64,000 bases of DNA, from NCBI GenBank assembly GCA_017444645.1, contig JAFSWG010000033.1, forward strand, positions 3,267-67,266, given 5' to 3'. Positions 58,305 to 64,000 of the stretch are shown piece by piece. Each line of letters opens with the position of its first letter. Within the stretch, counting starts at the first letter, position 1. The position numbers and the translations under genes are program-made. The notes below the pieces were generated by a model. It searched no databases and was not told the origin of the DNA. It saw only the letters and a program-made list of their open reading frames with translations. The stretch is from Acholeplasmatales bacterium. GTDB lineage: Bacteria; Bacillota_I; Bacilli_A; Acholeplasmatales; Anaeroplasmataceae.

Positions 58305-61300
58305 ATGGGAAATTTTAGAATATATGTAGAAAAGAAAGAAAAATATCAAGTAGAAGCAAAATCATTACAAGCTGAACTTAATTTAAATCTAGGATTAAAT
58401 CAAAAGAATGTTAGAACAATTAATGTTTATGATTTGTTTAATTTCGATAATGAATTATTAGAAAAGGCTAGATATAGAGTATTTGGTGAAATTGTAACTG
58501 ATAATGTATTTGATGAATTAGACTTAAATGGTAAGAAATATATTGCTATTGAATTCTTACCAGGACAATTTGACCAAAGAGCTTCATCTGCAATTGACTG
58601 TGTTAAACTTATTAATCCAGAAGCAGATATAAATATTAGATCAGGAAGAATCATTATCTTAGATGATGATACAACTGATGAAGACTTAGCAAAAGTTAAG
58701 AAGTATGAAATAAATGCTGTTGAAGCTAGAGAAAAGAATTTAGCAGATTTAACAGACATGGAAAAAGCTCCTATTAAACCTGTAGAGGTTTTAGAAGGCT
58801 TCACAAAAATGGAAGATAAGGATTTAGATGCTTATTGTAAGAAAATGGGTCTTGCAATGAACGCAGATGATTTAAAATGCGTTGTTGAATATTTCAAAGA
58901 AGAAAAAAGAGATCCATGGGAAACTGAATTAAGAATTCTAGACACTTATTGGTCAGATCACTGTAGACATACAACATTTGGTACAGTATTAGACGATATC
59001 AAAATTGATGAATCTTTTATGAAGGCTGAATTAGAAGAAGCTTTAGATAATTATTACAATATTAGATCAGACCTTCAAAGAGAAGATAAAAAGATTTGTT
59101 TAATGGATTTAGCAACAATTGGTGCTAGATATTTAAGAAAGATTGGTAAGTTAGATGATTTAGAAGAATCAGAAGAAAACAATGCTTGTTCAATCTTTGT
59201 TACAATTGATGTTGATGGTAAACCTGAAAAATGGTTATTACAATTTAAAAATGAAACTCATAACCATCCAACTGAAATTGAACCATTTGGTGGTGCATCA
59301 ACTTGTTTAGGTGGAGCTATTCGTGACCCACTATCAGGTAGAGCTTATGTATATCAAGCAATGCGTGTTACAGGTGCAGGAAATATTTATGCAGATGTAA
59401 AAGATACATTACCTGGTAAATTACCACAAAGAATTATTTCAACTAAGGCAGCAGCTGGTTATTCATCATATGGTAATCAAATCGGTTTAGCAACAACACA
59501 TGTTAGAGAAATCTATCATGATGATTATGTAGCTAAGCGTCTAGAAGTTGGTGCTGTAGTTGGTGCAGTTAGAGCAGATGTTATAAGAAGAGAATCACCT
59601 ACTCCAGGAGATGTAATTTTACTTCTTGGTGGTAGAACTGGTAGAGATGGCATCGGTGGTGCAACAGGATCATCAAAGGAGCATACAACTAAATCATTAG
59701 AGGTTTGTTCATCTGAGGTTCAAAAAGGTAATGCACCAGAAGAAAGAAAAATAAGCCATTTATTTAGAAGACCTGAAGTAACAAGATTAATTAAGAAATC
59801 AAATGACTTTGGTGCTGGTGGTGTTTCAGTAGCAATCGGTGAATTAGCTGATGGACTTGAAATTTCACTTGATGCAGTACCTACAAAATATACAGGTTTA
59901 AATGCAACTGAAGTAGCTATTTCTGAATCACAAGAAAGAATGGCTGTTGTAGTTGAACCGAAAGATGTAGAAGAATTTATTAAATATTGTAAAGAAGAGA
60001 ATATTGAAGTAACAAAGGTTGCTGAGGTTAAAGCAGAGCCAAGATTAATCATGAATTATCGCGGAAGACAAATTGTTAATATTTCACGTAAGTTCATTGA
60101 TTCTGCAGGTGCATTACATCATGCAAATGCAGTAATTGGTGAAGTAGAAAATAAGAACCCATTCTTAAAAGAAGATCAACCTTTAGTAGATAGAGTATTT
60201 AAAACATTAGCTGATAACAACGTTGTAAGTCAAAAGGGCTTAATTGAAATGTTTGACTCAACAATTGGTGCTTCAACAGTATTAATGCCTTTTGGTGGTA
60301 AATTACAAAAGACTGAAACTCAAGTATCAGTAGAAAAATTACCAGTTAAGGATGGATATACAGATACAGCATCAATTATGGCATTTGGTTATAATCCATA
60401 TATTGCAAAATGGAGTCCATATCATGGAGCTGAATATGCAATTGTTGAAGCAATTTCAAAGGTAGTTGCTGCAGGTGCTAGATATAATAATATGAGATTC
60501 TCATATCAAGAGTTCTTTGAAAGAATGACAAACGAGCATTCTTGGGGTAAGCCACTTGCTGCATTACTTGGTGCATTAAAGATGCAAACTGAATTTGGTC
60601 TTCCATCTATTGGTGGTAAGGATTCAATGTCTGGTACATTCAATGATTCTTTATCTGTACCTCCAATGCTAATGGCATTTGGTATTACAACTGTTAATGC
60701 TAATACAGTTATATCTCCTGATTTCAAATCAAGGGGACATAAATTATATTTAGTAAAGCATGAGGAGAAAGAAGATTATACTCCAAATGTTGAACAATTA
60801 ATGGAAAACTTTGAATTCGTATCTCATAATATTGAAAAAGGTAAAATCGTATCAGCTTACGCATTAGGCCATGGTGGATTAATTGAAGCATTAGCTAAAT
60901 GTAGTTTTGGTAATGAAACAGGATTCTATGTTAAGTATGATGAAAAAGAATTAGATAGATTTAATTATGGTTCAATCCTAATCGAAGTTAAGGGTAGCCT
61001 TGATTATCCAAAGGATTGTGAACCGAATGTAATCCATATTGGTCGTACAAGCCATTTCCATATTGGAGTTATTAATGGTGAAAAGTTCACTTTAGCTGCA
61101 TTAGAAGAAGCTAATACAAAGAAGTTCACAAAAGTATATAAAGATAAAGGATATAACAATTGTGAATTATTACAATTTAAGCCAACTAAAGCTAAAGTTG
61201 AATTATTAAAGAATAAAGATGAAGTAATCGCATACTTACCAGTATTCCCTGGTACAAACTGTGATTATGATACATCACGTGCATTTAAGAAGGCTGGTGC

Positions 61301-62018
61301 TAAGACTGTTGTTACAGTATTTAGAAACCAAAATTCTAATGATATTAATGAAAGTATTAAGGAAATGGTTACAAATATTGATAATGCAGATATCTTTGTA
61401 TTATCCGGAGGATTCTCAGCTGGTGATGAACCAGATGGATCAGCTAAATTTATTGCAAATGTATTAAATCAAGAAGATATTAAAGCAGCAATAAATAGAT
61501 TAATCGAAAGAAAAGGCTTAATCTTAGGTATTTGTAACGGATTCCAAGCATTAGTTAAATCAGGTTTACTTCCAAATGGAAAGATTGGTGAAGTAACAGC
61601 TGATTCACCTACATTATTTAGAAATGATATCAATAGACACGTATCACAAATGGTATCAACTAAGATAATGACAAACAAATCACCTTGGTTAGCATCATAC
61701 AAGACTGGTGAAGTTCATAGTATTGCAGTAAGCCATGGTGAAGGTAAATTCATGGTATCTAAGGAAGAAGCAGAAAGACTTGCTAAAAATGGTCAAATCG
61801 CATTTGTTTATGTAGATCAAGATGAAAACCCAACAACAGAAGCTCCATACAATCCAAATGGTTCAGAATATGCAATTGAAGGTATTATTTCTGAAGATGG
61901 ATTAATTCTTGGTAAAATGGGACATTCTGAAAGATATGAAGAAAATCTATTCAAGAATATTAAAGGTAATAAGAAACAAGATATTTTTGAAAATGCAGTA
62001 AAGTATTTCAAGAAATAA
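58305..62018 (+). CDS. purL: FGAM synthase, large single-chain type with fused glutaminase
   Basis: WSDHCRH, KNETHNHPTEIEPFGGA, ISESQERM, IGGKDSMSG, FPGTNCD, GICNGFQ, MGHSER; GAGG RBS before ATG 58305. Confidence 0.97.
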   Translation: MGNFRIYVEKKEKYQVEAKSLQAELNLNLGLNQKNVRTINVYDLFNFDNELLEKARYRVFGEIVTDNVFDELDLNGKKYIAIEFLPGQFDQRASSAIDCVKLINPEADINIRSGRIIILDDDTTDEDLAKVKKYEINAVEAREKNLADLTDMEKAPIKPVEVLEGFTKMEDKDLDAYCKKMGLAMNADDLKCVVEYFKEEKRDPWETELRILDTYWSDHCRHTTFGTVLDDIKIDESFMKAELEEALDNYYNIRSDLQREDKKICLMDLATIGARYLRKIGKLDDLEESEENNACSIFVTIDVDGKPEKWLLQFKNETHNHPTEIEPFGGASTCLGGAIRDPLSGRAYVYQAMRVTGAGNIYADVKDTLPGKLPQRIISTKAAAGYSSYGNQIGLATTHVREIYHDDYVAKRLEVGAVVGAVRADVIRRESPTPGDVILLLGGRTGRDGIGGATGSSKEHTTKSLEVCSSEVQKGNAPEERKISHLFRRPEVTRLIKKSNDFGAGGVSVAIGELADGLEISLDAVPTKYTGLNATEVAISESQERMAVVVEPKDVEEFIKYCKEENIEVTKVAEVKAEPRLIMNYRGRQIVNISRKFIDSAGALHHANAVIGEVENKNPFLKEDQPLVDRVFKTLADNNVVSQKGLIEMFDSTIGASTVLMPFGGKLQKTETQVSVEKLPVKDGYTDTASIMAFGYNPYIAKWSPYHGAEYAIVEAISKVVAAGARYNNMRFSYQEFFERMTNEHSWGKPLAALLGALKMQTEFGLPSIGGKDSMSGTFNDSLSVPPMLMAFGITTVNANTVISPDFKSRGHKLYLVKHEEKEDYTPNVEQLMENFEFVSHNIEKGKIVSAYALGHGGLIEALAKCSFGNETGFYVKYDEKELDRFNYGSILIEVKGSLDYPKDCEPNVIHIGRTSHFHIGVINGEKFTLAALEEANTKKFTKVYKDKGYNNCELLQFKPTKAKVELLKNKDEVIAYLPVFPGTNCDYDTSRAFKKAGAKTVVTVFRNQNSNDINESIKEMVTNIDNADIFVLSGGFSAGDEPDGSAKFIANVLNQEDIKAAINRLIERKGLILGICNGFQALVKSGLLPNGKIGEVTADSPTLFRNDINRHVSQMVSTKIMTNKSPWLASYKTGEVHSIAVSHGEGKFMVSKEEAERLAKNGQIAFVYVDQDENPTTEAPYNPNGSEYAIEGIISEDGLILGKMGHSERYEENLFKNIKGNKKQDIFENAVKYFKK

Positions 62019-62031
62019 GAGGATAAAAATT

Positions 62032-62745
62032 ATGGAAAAGAAAGAATTATTATACGAAGGAAAAGCAAAACAAGTATACGCAACAGATGATAAGAATATC
62101 ATCGTAATGCATTATAAGGATGATGCAACAGCAGGCAATGGTGCAAAGCATGCACAATTTGCAAAAAAAGGTGAATTAAATAACAAAATCACTACTATTA
62201 TTTACAATAGATTAATTAAAGCAGGTATTCCTACACACTATATTAAGACTTTAAATGACACTGATCAATTATGTTATAAGGTTGATATTTTCCCTCTTGA
62301 GGTTATTACTAGAAATATTATTGCTGGATCAATGGCTAAGAGATTAGGCATTACTGAAGGTACAGTAGCAAAAAATACAATTTTTGAAATTTGCTATAAA
62401 AATGATGAATTAGGCGATCCACTTATTAATGACCATCATGCAGTTGCAGTTGGAGCTGCAACTTATGATGAATTAAAAGAAATTTATTCATTAACTTCAA
62501 AAATTAATGATGAATTAAAGAAAATGTTCTTAGAAATTGGTGTTAAGCTAGTTGATTTCAAAGTTGAATTTGGTAGAACATCAGATGGAAGAATCGTTTT
62601 AGCAGACGAAATCTCTCCAGATTGCTGCAGACTTTGGGATGCTAAGACAAATGATCATTTAGATAAAGATAGATTTAGAAGAGACTTAGGCGATGTTATG
62701 GGAGCATATGAAGAAATCTATGCTCGTCTACAAAAATTAGCTTAA
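62032..62745 (+). CDS. purC: SAICAR synthetase
   Basis: LYEGKAKQVY, PLEVITRN, LVDFKVEFG, LADEISPD, DKDRFR. Confidence 0.98.
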   Translation: MEKKELLYEGKAKQVYATDDKNIIVMHYKDDATAGNGAKHAQFAKKGELNNKITTIIYNRLIKAGIPTHYIKTLNDTDQLCYKVDIFPLEVITRNIIAGSMAKRLGITEGTVAKNTIFEICYKNDELGDPLINDHHAVAVGAATYDELKEIYSLTSKINDELKKMFLEIGVKLVDFKVEFGRTSDGRIVLADEISPDCCRLWDAKTNDHLDKDRFRRDLGDVMGAYEEIYARLQKLA

Positions 62746-62764
62746 TATTTAGGAGGAATTAATT

Positions 62765-63799
62765 ATGGGTTCAAAAGCATATGGCCAATCTGGTGTAGAT
62801 TTAGAAGCTGGCTATGAAGCAGTAAGAAGATATAAGAAGCACGTTAAAAGAACAGATAGACCAGGATGTGTATCTGGAATTGGTTCATTCGGTGGAATGT
62901 TCGATTTAGCAAGCTTAGGTTATAAAGAACCAATGCTAGTATCTGGTACAGATGGTGTTGGTACAAAATTAAAATTAGCATTTGAAATGGATAAGCATGA
63001 TACAATTGGTATTGATGCTGTTGCAATGTGTGTTAATGATGTATTAGCACAAGGTGCAGAACCATTATATTTCTTAGATTATGTAGCACTTGGTCATGCA
63101 ATTCCTGAAAAACTTGAAAAAATAGTTTCTGGTATTGCTGATGGTTGTGTTCAAGCAGGATGTGCATTAATCGGTGGTGAAACTGCTGAAATGCCTGGTA
63201 TGTATTCAGATGGTGAATATGATATCGCTGGATTTGCAGTTGGTGTTGTAGAAAAGTCAAAATTAATTGATGATTCTAAGGTTACTGCAGGTGATATTTT
63301 AGTAGGTGTTGCATCTACTGGTGTACATTCAAATGGTTTTTCATTAGTTAGAAAGATTATTGCTGATAATAATATTGACTTACATTCTTATAGTGATGAA
63401 TTAGGTGGAGTTGTTGGTGAAGTATTCTTAACTCCAACAAGAATTTATTGTAAGCAAGTTTTAGATGTTATTAAAAATGTAGACGTTCATGGTGTTGCTC
63501 ATATCACTGGTGGAGGATTTGATGAAAATATTCCACGTATATTAACTGATAAGCAAGGCTTAGATATAAAAGAAGGATCATGGCCTATTTTACCAGTATT
63601 CAAGTTCTTAGAAAAATATGGTAAGGTTGACCATAGAGAAATGTTCAATATCTATAACATGGGTATTGGTATGGTTATTGCTGTAGCTAATGAAGAAGAT
63701 GCTAAAAAGGCTATTGAAATATTAGCTAAGCATGGTGATAAAGCATACATTATTGGTTCTGTTACAAATAATGCTGGTAAGGTAGAGATTCATAAATAA
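62765..63799 (+). CDS. purM: AIR synthetase
   Basis: [40 protein letters not shown]. Confidence 0.98.
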   Translation: MGSKAYGQSGVDLEAGYEAVRRYKKHVKRTDRPGCVSGIGSFGGMFDLASLGYKEPMLVSGTDGVGTKLKLAFEMDKHDTIGIDAVAMCVNDVLAQGAEPLYFLDYVALGHAIPEKLEKIVSGIADGCVQAGCALIGGETAEMPGMYSDGEYDIAGFAVGVVEKSKLIDDSKVTAGDILVGVASTGVHSNGFSLVRKIIADNNIDLHSYSDELGGVVGEVFLTPTRIYCKQVLDVIKNVDVHGVAHITGGGFDENIPRILTDKQGLDIKEGSWPILPVFKFLEKYGKVDHREMFNIYNMGIGMVIAVANEEDAKKAIEILAKHGDKAYIIGSVTNNAGKVEIHK

Positions 63800-64000
63800 T
63801 GAAAAATATAGCTATTTTTGCCAGTGGAAGTGGAACTAATTTTGAAGCTATTGTAAATGCAGTTGAAAATGGAACAATTAAAGATGCAAAAGTTGTTTTA
63901 ATGGTATGTGATAATAAAAAGGCATATGTAATTGAAAGAGCAAAAAATCATAATGTTCCATCATTCGTATTTAGAGCAAAGGATTATGAATCTAAAGAAG
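63799..64000 (+). CDS. purN: GAR transformylase (3' truncated by window edge)
   Basis: [18 protein letters not shown]; TAATG overlap with purM. Confidence 0.95.
   Translation, partial: MKNIAIFASGSGTNFEAIVNAVENGTIKDAKVVLMVCDNKKAYVIERAKNHNVPSFVFRAKDYESKE

Noticed and set aside
62032-63799. Absence of purF between purC and purM as pathway loss
   Set aside because: The operon runs off the window edge; purF may lie downstream or elsewhere.
1-64000. Genome-wide UGA=Trp (code 4) or arginine-codon reassignment
   Set aside because: Long ORFs use TGG for Trp; TGA ends GH5, the antiporter, ricT and trmN6 at plausible C-termini; AGG and CGA occur at conserved Arg positions (AREMGY, GRVK).
1-64000. Short antisense and nested ORFs in the ORF track (e.g. 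13937-14254, 27263-27676, 33533-33931, 45559-45939, 58427-58804)
   Set aside because: All lie within well-supported genes, lack recognisable motifs and look like shadow frames.

Overview
A 64-kb AT-rich bacterial chromosomal segment, nearly all on the + strand, read with the standard code 11: Trp is TGG in long ORFs and TGA ends several conserved genes. Gene content and style suggest a low-GC Bacilli/Mollicutes organism such as an Acholeplasma/Anaeroplasma relative; this is inference, as no rRNA is present. The backbone is housekeeping: ftsH-rqcP, mnmE, ecfA1A2T-truA, tmk-holB-ricT-trmN6-rsmI, metG, hflX, degV, yebC, pyrR, fhs, a PEPCK-like gene and purE/K/L/C/M/N. Accessory material is interleaved. 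(1) A four-gene operon joins a partner-switching module (STAS protein plus membrane PP2C phosphatase/HATPase kinase fusion) to a small alarmone synthetase and a small alarmone hydrolase, with no sigma factor nearby. This is the best candidate for an undescribed system, and the synthetase tail carries a motif resembling the STAS phospho-acceptor. (2) A cellodextrin-utilisation locus (GH94, LacI, ABC, GH1, mutarotase, GH5, ROK kinase) shares a 14-bp operator with a distant, elongated MsmK-type ATPase. (3) A fluoride riboswitch controls an NHA-like cation/proton antiporter rather than CrcB/EriC. (4) A 2.3-kb integrase-less islet is flanked by 80-bp direct repeats of the hflX 3' end. (5) There is an intact Phd-RelE TA pair and an orphan XRE-MNT antitoxin with a 33-bp-phased operator array. 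(6) A transposase-like gene appears inactivated, trmN6 is frameshifted and a lipoprotein gene is interrupted by TGA. No rRNA, tRNA, CRISPR array or intact integrase/transposase was seen. All calls come from motif recognition by eye; no searches were run.
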